From Promethearchaeota archaeon (GTDB lineage Archaea > Asgardarchaeota > Lokiarchaeia > Sigyniarchaeales > SOKP01): 64,000 nucleotides of DNA. The notes beneath the pieces are model-generated. The model did not search any database, was not told where the DNA came from, and was given only the letters and a program-made list of their open reading frames with translations. Positions 21,648 to 31,521 of this stretch are shown one piece after another (the first letter of the stretch is position 1; the number at the start of each line of letters is the position of its first letter). Position numbers and translations under genes: made by a program. The stretch spans positions 41,310-105,309 of the forward strand of contig JAUVNS010000015.1 of NCBI GenBank assembly GCA_030599585.1. The letters are read 5' to 3'.

Positions 21648-22652
21648 TTAAAAAGAACGCTCTAATCCCTTAATTAAAGTAGTTAATAACTCATTTGTGA
21701 CTACTTCTATCCTCAACTTTTTACCAAATTCTACAATTCTGCCGTTAATAAAGTCAATTTCGGTAGGCTTTCCCTTCAAAACGTCCTGCAACATTGAGTT
21801 TTTGTTGTCATACGTTTTCTTCGCTACAGAATACATTAACTCGACGTAATCTCTATTCGATAGATTTACTTGCTTCTCATGCGCTATTTCTAAAGCCTCC
21901 TTAACCGCCTTTCCCATTAATTTTCTTAAAGAGTTTTTCTCTAATAGCTGCCCATTTTTTAAACCCGTAAGAGCACCTATGGCATTAATACCAATATTTA
22001 CAAAAACTTTTTCCCAAGAGCATTTTATAATATCCTCAACAAACTCCGTCGGCAGACCCCCGGTGCTCATCAGATTTTTTAAAAACAGTAAACTCTCCTC
22101 CGCTCTATCGTAATCATCAATATTCGAATTATCTGGTTTCAAATAAGCAAATCCAATTTTTGTAAATCCTATACCAGTGTGACGCACATGCCCATAATCC
22201 TCTAATTGAGCCCCATGAGACGTAATTATTCGTAGAATCTTATTCTTATTGCAATATTCTTTTACTATAGCCTCGTTACCAATACCATTTTGTAGGATTA
22301 TAAACCAATTACTTGACTCAATTAAACTCTTAAACTGAATCATCGTTCTCTCGGTATCGTACGCCTTTGTCGTAAGAAAAAGAAAATCAAACTTATAGGA
22401 TTCACTTATTTCAGAGGATCCCGTAAAATCATTAACGCTTTCGTAAGCTTTAATGTTTTTCAAAAATATATCTTTATCGGAAGCAGTCAAGCGTAATCCT
22501 TCCTTGTTTATCGCAACGACGTGATTTCTCCTTCCAAAAAAAATTATCTCTAAAGGATTCTCGTCAGAGTGAATAGAGGCAAGATATCCTCCAAACAAAC
22601 TACCTATTGACCCTGCTCCAATAAATCCAATTTTTACTACTTTTTGACTCAA
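21648..22652 (-). CDS. panE: Ketopantoate reductase
   Basis: GAGSIG, TTKAY, LQNGIG, WEK..VN..IN, SMLQD...TEIDFING. Confidence 0.92.
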   Translation of the reverse strand: MSQKVVKIGFIGAGSIGSLFGGYLASIHSDENPLEIIFFGRRNHVVAINKEGLRLTASDKDIFLKNIKAYESVNDFTGSSEISESYKFDFLFLTTKAYDTERTMIQFKSLIESSNWFIILQNGIGNEAIVKEYCNKNKILRIITSHGAQLEDYGHVRHTGIGFTKIGFAYLKPDNSNIDDYDRAEESLLFLKNLMSTGGLPTEFVEDIIKCSWEKVFVNIGINAIGALTGLKNGQLLEKNSLRKLMGKAVKEALEIAHEKQVNLSNRDYVELMYSVAKKTYDNKNSMLQDVLKGKPTEIDFINGRIVEFGKKLRIEVVTNELLTTLIKGLERSF

Positions 22653-22716
22653 AGTTTAACTAACTCTTCTTAGCAATAAAAATCCTACTTCAATTCTTTA
22701 ATGGTACTCACATATA

Positions 22717-23595
22717 TTAGTTTAAAAACTTATCCAACCCCGTTTGACCCGAAGAAAGCGTACCAGATTTTTTCTTTATGTCTAATATGTTAACTCGCTC
22801 AGGGTCGTTTCTTGGTTCTAAATCCAGTTCGCGCAGCATCATCAAAGAATTTTTTGTCGCATAACCCGAAAAGTGATTGTTAAAATAAATGCCGACGGTA
22901 TCAGCTTGATCTATCACATCCCTAATAGATACCGCCCATTTCCTTATTTCTTCGTCTTTAAAGTAATAATCGAACCAAGGTTTTTTACCATAACCGTGAA
23001 ATCTAATATAAGCAAAGCTAGTATCCGTAACATCCATCCTAGGAGGTAATAAAGGCTCTATCACAGCACAATATGTAACCTTCCGCTTTTTCAAATATTC
23101 AAATACTTCCTCATTCATCCACGATAAATGCCGGAACTCTACAATTAAATGATACCCATCGCGTTTTAGGTCACCCGGCCAAGATCTAACGAATTCTTTA
23201 AGCGCTCCGAAGTGATCTACCCTATTGAACGAAGGAGGTAGCTGTATCAAGAACCCCAATAATTTTTTCGAATCAATTAAAGGCTGCATCGCAGTTAAAT
23301 AATACTTCAAATCAGCCGAACACAAATCTACATCCAACTTATGCTCGTGAGTTATACTCTGGTGTAGTTTTGCCGTAAATAAAAAATTTGAAGGTGTCTT
23401 ATCCACCCAGTTCTTAACTATCCAAGGCTTAGGAACGTTATAAAACGTCGTGTTGATCTCCGTAGTGTAAAATATCTCCGAATAATACGAAAGATAATCC
23501 CCCTTTTTTATCCCCTTCGGATAAAAAGTCCCTAACCACTCATCATAACCCCATCCCGAGGTCCCTATTAATACTCGCTTTACTCTCTTTTCCAT
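22717..23595 (-). CDS. DUF72 family protein
   Basis: IGTSGW, EINTTFY, LIQLPPSF, VEFRH.SW, YIRFHG, YFNNH. Confidence 0.92.
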   Translation of the reverse strand: MEKRVKRVLIGTSGWGYDEWLGTFYPKGIKKGDYLSYYSEIFYTTEINTTFYNVPKPWIVKNWVDKTPSNFLFTAKLHQSITHEHKLDVDLCSADLKYYLTAMQPLIDSKKLLGFLIQLPPSFNRVDHFGALKEFVRSWPGDLKRDGYHLIVEFRHLSWMNEEVFEYLKKRKVTYCAVIEPLLPPRMDVTDTSFAYIRFHGYGKKPWFDYYFKDEEIRKWAVSIRDVIDQADTVGIYFNNHFSGYATKNSLMMLRELDLEPRNDPERVNILDIKKKSGTLSSGQTGLDKFLN

Positions 23596-23640
23596 GATTA
23601 AACGATTAAAACTTTTAACCTGTAAAAACCCTTTAATTGC

Positions 23641-23752
23641 TAATTTTCTGTAATATAATTAATAATTTTCTGTAATATAACTAGTAATTTTCTGTAATAT
23701 AACTAGTAATTTTCTGTAATATAACTAGTAATTTTTTTTTAATATAATTGGT
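23641..23752. repeat. 22-bp tandem repeat (TAATTTTCTGTAATATAACTAG) x~5
   Basis: Three exact and two degenerate head-to-tail units. Confidence 0.9.
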
Positions 23753-23872
23753 AAAAAATGCAAAATATACTCCTATTTGAACCAAAGAACATAGTATCCA
23801 GTGAAATAAATCATACCCCTCTTAGCGAATTTCTTAATTTTTTATTTTTCCCACTTAGTAGTCCTTAGTCAT

Positions 23873-23904
23873 TAATCCTTAATCCTTAATCCTTAATCCT
23901 TAAT
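23873..23904. repeat. 7-bp microsatellite (TAATCCT) x4
   Basis: taatccttaatccttaatccttaatccttaat read directly. Confidence 0.9.
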
Positions 23905-24448
23905 ACAATAATACAATATACTCTATAAATAAACTATATGTAAAATTTTATCAGCTCTTCATATTTACCAAATACAATATTCATCACAGAGCTCCAACCT
24001 CCCTTTTAAAGTTTACCAATATCGACCATAAAATTTTTAATTAACAAATTACTCTAATATTTCGTCGATGAGTTTTTAATTTGTGATCTATCGTTATCCC
24101 TATTACCATCGATAAGTTATTGGATGTGGAAAAATATCTCATCTAACCCTGATGACATACCGCCAATAGCGGACACCGGCCTTATAGAAGTGGATCAGAA
24201 GAGACTAACGTCAAAATGCATGATACCACAGGAAATAAGTGCCTAAAACGACCAATTCCTCGGTTGTTTCAGGAAACCGGTCCAAGCACGAGCAAAAAAA
24301 CATAAAAAAATATTTACCTTACTACAAAACAACGAAAAAAACAACGATTCGTGCTCAAAGGAACACAACTCCCCATAAAAATATGAAAATATACATTATT
24401 TTCGTCTCAATTTTTAATTTCAATCTCTAAATAAGTATTGTCTCCGAA

Positions 24449-24487
24449 TACACAAGCCTTTTCACAGGCAATCTGAATCTTTCCTCA
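24449..24487 (+). other. 5' strand of the pre-23S processing stem (pairs with ~27868-27911)
   Basis: CACAAGCCTTTTCAC...CTGAATCTTTCCTC is complementary to GAGGAAATAAGGGTTCAG...GTGAATCAGGTTTGTG. Confidence 0.75.
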
Positions 24488-26344
24488 AGTAGACGCCAAT
24501 TACGCCATCGCTATTTGGTGGATATCTTGGCTTGGGCACCGATGAAGAGCGTGACAAGCTGCGATAAGCTCGGGTTAGTCGCATGTAGACGCTGACCCCG
24601 AGATTCTTCAATCGGACATCCGCTTGCGGCCCAATAATCCGCAAGATTCCCGTTAGGGAAGGGGAACCCTGGGAAGTAAAACATTTTAGTACCAGGAGGA
24701 AAAGAAAACAATCGTGATTCCGTTAGTAACGGCGAGCGAAAGCGGAACAGATCAAACCGAATCCCTTGGGGAAAACCCAAGGGAGATGTGGAGTGTGGAC
24801 CTCGTACGGCCTAATCAACTAAGGTGAATACCCCTGAAATGTTGAGCCATAGAGCGTGACAGCCGCGTAACCGTAAATTGGAAGGCTGCTGCGAGGTATC
24901 CCGAGTAGTGCGGGATGGTTTTCTCGTACGAACGTGCCAGATACACGCTGGCAAATCTAAATATGTCCCAAGACCGATAGTGAAATAGTAGCGTGAGCAA
25001 AAGATGAAAAGAAACCCGGAAGGGTCGTGAAAAGCGCTTGAAACCAAATAGTTTAGTAAGGATGCAGCCCGAAAGGATAGATTCTGCGCGAATGCGTTCT
25101 GGCGACAGAACATCAGAGTGCAGAGGACTAGGGTTGCATCATCAGTCTGGAATCATTGGCCAGGGAGTTTATAGTAGTGGCGAGCTTAAGTGCCTTACGG
25201 CATGTAGGCGTAGGGAAACCAATATTCTTGCAATCTAATTATCACATTAGAATGAATAGCGTACCAAGGAGTAGTTTTGCTATTCCAACGGGACGTTCTG
25301 ATTTCTCCTAAGGGATTAGACCAGAAGAATGGTCTTAAAGGGCCTAAAGTCACTGCTGTAAAACCCGAAGCCGGTCGATCTATTCCTGGTCAAGATGAAG
25401 TCGCTCGAAAGGGTGATGGAGGTCTGCACCAGTGCTGACGTGCAATTCGCTTGGATGAACTGGGAATAGGAGCAAAAGGCTAATCTAGATCGGTGATAGC
25501 TGGTTCTCCCCGAAGTTGGTGTCAGCCAATCCTCAGGCGAGGTAGCTAGTGGCGTAGAGCACTAATTGCGGAACAGGGAGAAGAAATTCTTCACTCCGCT
25601 CTTAAACTCCGAAACTGCTAGCACTGTAGACCCTGGGAGACGGGTTAGTGGGCGTAAAGTCCATTGCCGAGAAGGGAACAACCTAGACTTGGGTTAAGGT
25701 CCCTAAATGCAGGTTAAGTGTTAAACGAAAGGGCGTTATATTTCTAAAACAGCAAAAGGATAGGTATAGAAGTAACCACTCCCTAACGAGTGTGTAACAA
25801 CTCATTTGCCGAGAAATATAGCCCCGAAAATGGACGGGGCTTAAATCTGCTACCGAGACCCAAGAGCACGGGCGGAAGAACCCCGTGATCTGGTAGGGGA
25901 GCGTCCAGGTTGGGCAGAAGCAGGTGCGTGAGTTCCTGTGGACCGACCTGGAGCGCAGATCCTGGTAATAGTAAAAGCATAGATGGGTTAGAATCCCATC
26001 CGCCGAAAGGGCAAGGGTTTCTTCGCAATGCGTCGTCAGCGAAGAGTTAGTCGATCCTAAGCGCAATCTTAACTGAACTGCGCGAAAGGGAAACAGGTTT
26101 ATATTCCTGTACCATGGCGCTACAAATAGCGGTAACGCATGACTGTATGCTAACAAATCCGGGTAAGTGGAATAGGGTCGTCGTACATCTCCCTATTTAA
26201 ATGTAATAAAGCTGGTAAATAGTGTAAAACTTAGACCCAGCTCAAAGCATGAATAGCCATCCAATTGTGGAAGGTTCCGCTGAGCCCAGGTTTTAATAAA
26301 AAGGCATCAGTAAGAAACGCCGTGATCGTACCCAGAACCGACAC

Positions 26345-26375
26345 AGGTTTCGACAGCACCGTCGAGAACGTCGAC
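26345..26375 (+). other. 31-nt bulge-helix-bulge intron in 23S rRNA
   Basis: Central helix CGAC/GTCG with two ACA bulges; excision restores conserved CCGACACAGGTG. Confidence 0.85.
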
Positions 26376-27275
26376 AGGTGCCCCTAGGTGAGTAGCCTAA
26401 GGCGTATTCGTGTAAAGGAGGCTAGGGAAATCGACAAATTAGAGCCGTAACTTTGGGATAAGGCTTGCTTGGGAACTTCTTCACGCAGCTTCGGCAGTGT
26501 GCGGGGGTACCCAAGTCGCAGTAACTAGGGGGGGACGACTGTTTAATAAAAACATAGGTCACTGATAGAGCGAAAGCTTGTTTACAGTGGCTGAAACCTG
26601 GCCAGTGGCAGTTTGATCAATCCGGGTTACAACCCGAGTAAGTCCTGCTAAACGCCGGGAGTAACTATAACTCTCTTAAGGTAGCCAAATGCCTTGTCTG
26701 GTAAGTTCAGACGTGCATGAATGGTCCAACGTTCTCCCTATTGTCCCAGCCTTCTGACGATTGAAATTACACTCCGGCGAACGGTCCGGAGATACCTGGT
26801 GGGACGAGAAGACCCCGTGGAGTTTTACTGCAGCCTGTTGTTGTGGTTTTGAACTGAATACAGAGTGTAGTCGGGAGCGTAGATGCCGTAATTTCGGTTA
26901 CGGTGGAGCAACCTTGGAATACCGGCTTTCCTTTTTGAAATCACTAACGGTGCACTAGCATCGGACATCCGCAGGTGGGCAGTTTGGCTGGGGCGGCTCA
27001 CTCTAGAAAAAATATCTAGAGTAACCAATGGTCAGCTCAGGCGGGTCAGGAATCCGCTGAAGAGTTTAAGAGCAAAAGCTGGCCTGACTGGATTCTGATT
27101 ACCAAGGAATCCTGAGGCTAACGCCTGGTCTAGCGATCCTTAACTGTGCTCGTGTGGCTGGTTGAGGTGATAGAAAAATTACCCCGGGGGTAACAGAGTT
27201 GTCACGAGTAAGAGTTCCTATCGACCTCGTGGCTTGCTTCCTCGATGTCGGCTCTTCCTATCCTGGGAGCGCACA

Positions 27276-27305
27276 TTACACAAATCGACTCGATTTGCGT
27301 GCGCA
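27276..27305 (+). other. ~30-nt insertion (probable intron) in 23S helix 91; boundaries approximate
   Basis: 49 nt between CCT and AAGG where about 18 are usual; internal hairpin CAAATCGA/TCGATTTG. Confidence 0.6.
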
Positions 27306-27879
27306 TAACTCCCAAGGGTGGGGCTGTACGCCCATTAAAAGGGAACGTGAGCTGGGTTTAGACCGACGTGAGTCAGGTCGGATTCTATCTACCAGGTATG
27401 TGGGATGACTGAGGGTAAGGGAAAATCAGTACGAGAGGAACATTTTGCCGGCGCCTCTGGTGTACCGGTTGTCTGACAAGGCATCGCCGGGCAGCTACGC
27501 GCTAACTGATAAGTGCTGAAAGCATCTAAGCACGAAGCAGGCCCCGAAATTAGTCATCCAATCTTACTTCATATTGTATAATGTATATGCTATGTATTTA
27601 GCTTAGCTGAGTTAGGAAGGACCCCCTGTGAGGACCGGAAACTAGCTCGAAGTGTGCGTGCGTGAAAGCGTGCGTGTGTAGAAAAGGTTATAAGTGAAAT
27701 GGATGGTGTGTTAATTGTCGAGAGCGGGGCGCGGTGACGCGAACCGTGGGAGCGAGACGAGCGCACCCGTATAAGACGGGATTGGTGAGATGGGGGTGTA
27801 CGTGCCGAGCTTTCGGGCGAGGTATTCAGCCCGCCATTCTCAATAGCGCGAGTGTGTGGCATTCGAAAGAGGAAATAAG

Positions 27880-28024
27880 GGTTCAGGCTTAGAGTGAATC
27901 AGGTTTGTGTGAATGGCAGACAATGCGTTTGTTTAGTAGTTTAGTTTGTTTCGAAGTTAAGAAGTGAGATGGAGGTATTTTGTATTTGGTTGGGTATGGG
28001 TTGTGTTCCGGAGTTTTTACTCCA
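27880..28024 (+). repeat. 23S trailer / first copy of the array repeat (core 28003-28012)
   Basis: 27880-28012 is near-identical to 59559-59693; ends in GGGTTGTGTTCCGGAGTTTTTACTCCA. Confidence 0.9.
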
Positions 28025-28285
28025 TTTTTTATTTTCTTTCTTTTAGTTTTTATGTTCTTTGTAGCGTTTGTGTTTCGTTGTGTTCCTTTGTTATTTTTTC
28101 TATTTTCTTATCCTGAAGTCCGTTGGGGTTGTGTTCCGGAGTTTTCACTCCAAATTATTTTTTTTGTAATTTAACTCAATTTACACTCAGCTCGATTATT
28201 TTCCTAGAAATAAAACCCCTAGTGTATCTAAAATCTTTTTCTAAAAAGAAAAAGAGATTTAATAAAAAGGCAATTAGATGTAAAT

Positions 28286-28447
28286 ATGCCGAAATGTGGA
28301 TTTTGTAAGCGCGAAATTTCTATAAAAGATTTTGTAAAGGGAATGGGTAAGGGCTATAATGTTGAGAAAACAATGCATTGGAGAAAGAAGGTCTGTATGT
28401 TCAGCTGTCCCCACTGTGATACAATCTTAGGCTTCGGGTTTGATTAA
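28286..28447 (+). CDS. 53-aa zinc-finger microprotein (not in the ORF track)
   Basis: MPKCGFCKREISIKDF...MFSCPHCDTILGFGFD; two CxxC; fills exactly one repeat-to-repeat unit. Confidence 0.75.
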   Translation: MPKCGFCKREISIKDFVKGMGKGYNVEKTMHWRKKVCMFSCPHCDTILGFGFD

Positions 28448-28657
28448 GAAAATAAGGAGTGTGATAGAATGTTTGTATTGCGTAGGGTTGTGTTCCGGAG
28501 TTTTCAATTCCATAACTTTTTATTTATTTTTATTTAAAATATTATTTATTGTTTAATCAAAACCTAGCATATTTTAATACAAAAAAAATATAATATTGAT
28601 ATAGTCATTATTAGATATAACAACCGAAATTCATTTTAAAAAAGGTAAAATATCGAT

Positions 28658-28822
28658 ATGTTAGTCTGTAAAATCTTAAAAGGGCAAATGGATCGTGTAA
28701 AAGCAGAAAAAGACATCAACAGTTTTCTCTCATCAATGCCGTTAGAGTTAGAAGATTTTATCATTTCTCAAGTTGCACGGAATAGTAAAATCGTTACAAC
28801 AATAATTTACAAAGCGAAGTAA
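28658..28822 (+). CDS. 54-aa small protein (not in the ORF track)
   Basis: MLVCKILKGQMDRVKAEKDINSFL...VTTIIYKAK; AAGGT SD-like motif upstream. Confidence 0.6.
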   Translation: MLVCKILKGQMDRVKAEKDINSFLSSMPLELEDFIISQVARNSKIVTTIIYKAK

Positions 28823-28908
28823 AAACGGTCTAAAGAATATAAATTTTAAATATTTTTTATTTTTCGATTTCTTTAATATTTAAATCCAATAAATCTAAAT
28901 TTTATATA

Positions 28909-29553
28909 ATGACAAATATTTATGAAGGTTGGGCACGCTTTTATCAAGAACCGAGATCGACTTTTTCCATTAAAAAAACTGGTTTTATATTTATTTCAGA
29001 AAATTTGCTAACGTTCAAGTCTTATGAAAAAGGAGTATTCTATGAAATTCCCTTTTCCCAAATGAAAGATATTAGTATGGATAAGTATTGTATAAAGATT
29101 TTTACTGAAAATGGTAATGAATATAGCCTCTTTCCTTTAAAAAATAAAACAACTCAAGATAAGAAAAGAATTCCTTACATATTTAACATGCTAACTGAAT
29201 TGAGAAAAGGACAACCTATTGAAGAGCTTAGAATTATTGAAAAACTTAAGCAGATAATGAAAGTTTCATCAAAAATAAGCGTTAAAATGTTAAAGGAATT
29301 ATTTAAATTGGAAATAGGAAAAACGTACGAGATTGTTTATAACTGGGCAAGTAAATTTGGTTTTACAGTCGAAGGAGATTATTTAATTGTAAATGAATCA
29401 GCAGTTTTAGAATTTATTAAATTGCTAGATGACAGACCTGAAGTAGATACTAAAATCGAGGGAGGAAAAACAAACTGTTCTTATTGTGGAAATTCTATTG
29501 AGGTTAGTTTAAAGATTTGTCCATATTGTGGGAATGAAAATGTTAAGTTTTAA
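28909..29553 (+). CDS. Hypothetical protein, PH-like N-terminus, winged-helix-like middle, C-terminal zinc ribbon
   Basis: CSYCG...CPYCG; domain guesses for the rest are pattern-based. Confidence 0.65.
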   Translation: MTNIYEGWARFYQEPRSTFSIKKTGFIFISENLLTFKSYEKGVFYEIPFSQMKDISMDKYCIKIFTENGNEYSLFPLKNKTTQDKKRIPYIFNMLTELRKGQPIEELRIIEKLKQIMKVSSKISVKMLKELFKLEIGKTYEIVYNWASKFGFTVEGDYLIVNESAVLEFIKLLDDRPEVDTKIEGGKTNCSYCGNSIEVSLKICPYCGNENVKF

Positions 29554-29751
29554 ACTTATTAACTTTTTTATTTTCTTTCTTTTTATTTTTGTAGTATTTG
29601 TAGCGTTTGTGTTTTGTTGTGTTCCTTTGTAATTTTTTCTATTTTTTCTGTTATTTTCTAGTTTCTTTTAGGTTTAAACCTTAAATACTTACAAACATGT
29701 TATAATCTATTAAATCCAGCCTTCAAACAAATTATTTTATATAAGAAAATT

Positions 29752-31230
29752 ATGAAAACTTCAAAAATTACTTCTATATTCTTACCCTTATTCTTTTTCC
29801 AAATTATTATTGGTGTAAATTTATTTCCCCTTGTAAATAATGATTTGACAAATCTACCAGTTATAAGTGGCAACTGGGAATCTCCTGTTGAGTTAGGATC
29901 TTTTACGTACTCTGATAATGTCCGAAATACATTTATTTTAAATGATACTGCTTTTATTTTGGTTGATGTTTATGGAATGGTTATAGTCGATATTAGTAAT
30001 CCGTTGAACCCACAATATTTAGGAAGATATGCAGAATATTCCAAAAATGTTCAAGTTATAGATGATATTGCCTATCTTACAAGTGGTAATGGTTTTTTCA
30101 TTGTTAATGTCTCGGTTCCTAGTTCCCCTTCTTTACTGGGAGAAAATAACACTTTTGATTGTGATGGGTTATATGTTGACGGAGATCTTGCTTTTGTTGG
30201 TTGTCGATATTATGGAATGGTTATTTTCAATATATCCAATCCCACTATGCCTGACTTTGTAGGAGAATACGTAAATGGTTCAAATCAGGATTATGACGAT
30301 ATTTTTGTTGCAAATAATACTGCTTATATTGCTGACTACCAAGGGGGAAATCTTAAAATAATCAATGTAACGGATCCTTATAATCCTGAAATTCATGGAA
30401 TCTACGATTATGATACAGTTGAGGGTGGTCCAAATGATGTATTTGTGGTAGATGATATCTGTTATCTCTCTGATTACGATGGTGGATTAAAAATAATTAA
30501 TGTAAGCGATCCCGAGTCTGTAGTTACGTTAACAACATACAATTCTGGAGGTTGGGTATCAGGGGTGTTTGTTTCAGATAATATAGCTTATGTCTCAGAT
30601 TATCTAACAGGAATAAGAATTTTAAATGTATCCAGTCCTTCCAGTCCAGTCTTATTAGGATCATTTTATGATCCCAGTGAAAATGCTTATAGTATATTTT
30701 TTGCTAATTCAATTCTGTATGTTGGTTGGGGTATGGAAGGCTTGAAAATTATTGACCCGGGTTATGATTCTGATGAAGACGGATGGTCTGACCAAGTCGA
30801 GATCTATTTACATCAAACCGATCCAGACGATCCAAACAGTTTTCCAGACGTAATAGCTCCAGTTATTACGATTATTTCACCACAACCTTCTACTAGTTAT
30901 GGAATAGATGCTCCTGATTTTAATATATCTATCATTGAATCAGATTTAGATGCTACTTGGTATACAATACAAGGTGGTTTATTTGAATATCAATTTACTG
31001 GATTAAATGGCACGATAGATCAAGAAGGATGGGATGTGACTCCTGAGGGAGAGATTTCTATTACATTTTATGCTGAAGATGGAGCGGGAAATATAGGGAG
31101 TGAGAGCGTCGTTGTTATAAAAAGCATTCCTACTCAACCAGAAATCCCCGGATATAATATTTATCTCTTTCTGCTAGGAATTCTTTCAGTTGCAATAATA
31201 CTGCTTGTTAAAAAAATGAAAAAATTCTAG
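29752..31230 (+). CDS. Surface protein with LVIVD repeats and Loki-CTERM-like anchor
   Basis: Signal peptide; repeated GLKIINVSDP units; DSDEDGWSD Ca motif; IPGYN + TM + KKMKK tail. Confidence 0.85.
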   Translation: MKTSKITSIFLPLFFFQIIIGVNLFPLVNNDLTNLPVISGNWESPVELGSFTYSDNVRNTFILNDTAFILVDVYGMVIVDISNPLNPQYLGRYAEYSKNVQVIDDIAYLTSGNGFFIVNVSVPSSPSLLGENNTFDCDGLYVDGDLAFVGCRYYGMVIFNISNPTMPDFVGEYVNGSNQDYDDIFVANNTAYIADYQGGNLKIINVTDPYNPEIHGIYDYDTVEGGPNDVFVVDDICYLSDYDGGLKIINVSDPESVVTLTTYNSGGWVSGVFVSDNIAYVSDYLTGIRILNVSSPSSPVLLGSFYDPSENAYSIFFANSILYVGWGMEGLKIIDPGYDSDEDGWSDQVEIYLHQTDPDDPNSFPDVIAPVITIISPQPSTSYGIDAPDFNISIIESDLDATWYTIQGGLFEYQFTGLNGTIDQEGWDVTPEGEISITFYAEDGAGNIGSESVVVIKSIPTQPEIPGYNIYLFLLGILSVAIILLVKKMKKF

Positions 31231-31521
31231 GGATTAAACCAAATAAGCGATAAAAATGTTTTGATATGAGAGATGATAAGTAAGTAGGTTAAGGTTGTGT
31301 TCCGGAGTTTTTACTCCAACTTTTTTATTTTCTTTCTTTTTGTTTTTGTAGTATTTGTAGCGTTTGTGTTTTGATGTGTTCCTTACGTTAATTTTTTCAA
31401 TTTTCTTATCCTGAAGTGCGTTGGGGTTGTGTTCCGGAGTTTTCACTCCAAACTTTTTTATTTTAGATAAATTAAACAATTAATTCTCTTTTTATATCGC
31501 TTCATTTTGTGTCTATCATTC

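Larger units (their letters stand above)
24495..27860 (+). rRNA. rrl: 23S rRNA (unlinked; ~3.37 kb including expansions and introns; ends approximate)
   Basis: Conserved LSU motifs: GATGAAGAGCGTG, AGTAACGGCGAGCGAA, TAGCTGGTTCTCCCCGAA, GTAACTATAACTCTCTTAAGGTAGC, GATGTCGGCTCTTC, sarcin-ricin loop AGTACGAGAGGAAC; terminal complementarity. Confidence 0.97.

Noticed and set aside
24147-24200. CTGATGA as a hammerhead ribozyme core or C/D box RNA
   Set aside because: No correctly placed GAAA/stem II or box D; better explained as rRNA leader.
24462-27862. ORFs listed within the 23S region
   Set aside because: They overlap conserved rRNA sequence and are spurious; neither insertion is long enough to encode a homing endonuclease.
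23600-28000. 16S, 5S or tRNA-Ala linked to the 23S
   Set aside because: No such sequences are recognisable on either side; the 23S gene stands alone.
31234-31479. 81-aa ORF with repeated GVKTPEHN (also ORFs at 27980 and 28123)
   Set aside because: These are translations of the DNA repeat unit, not credible proteins.
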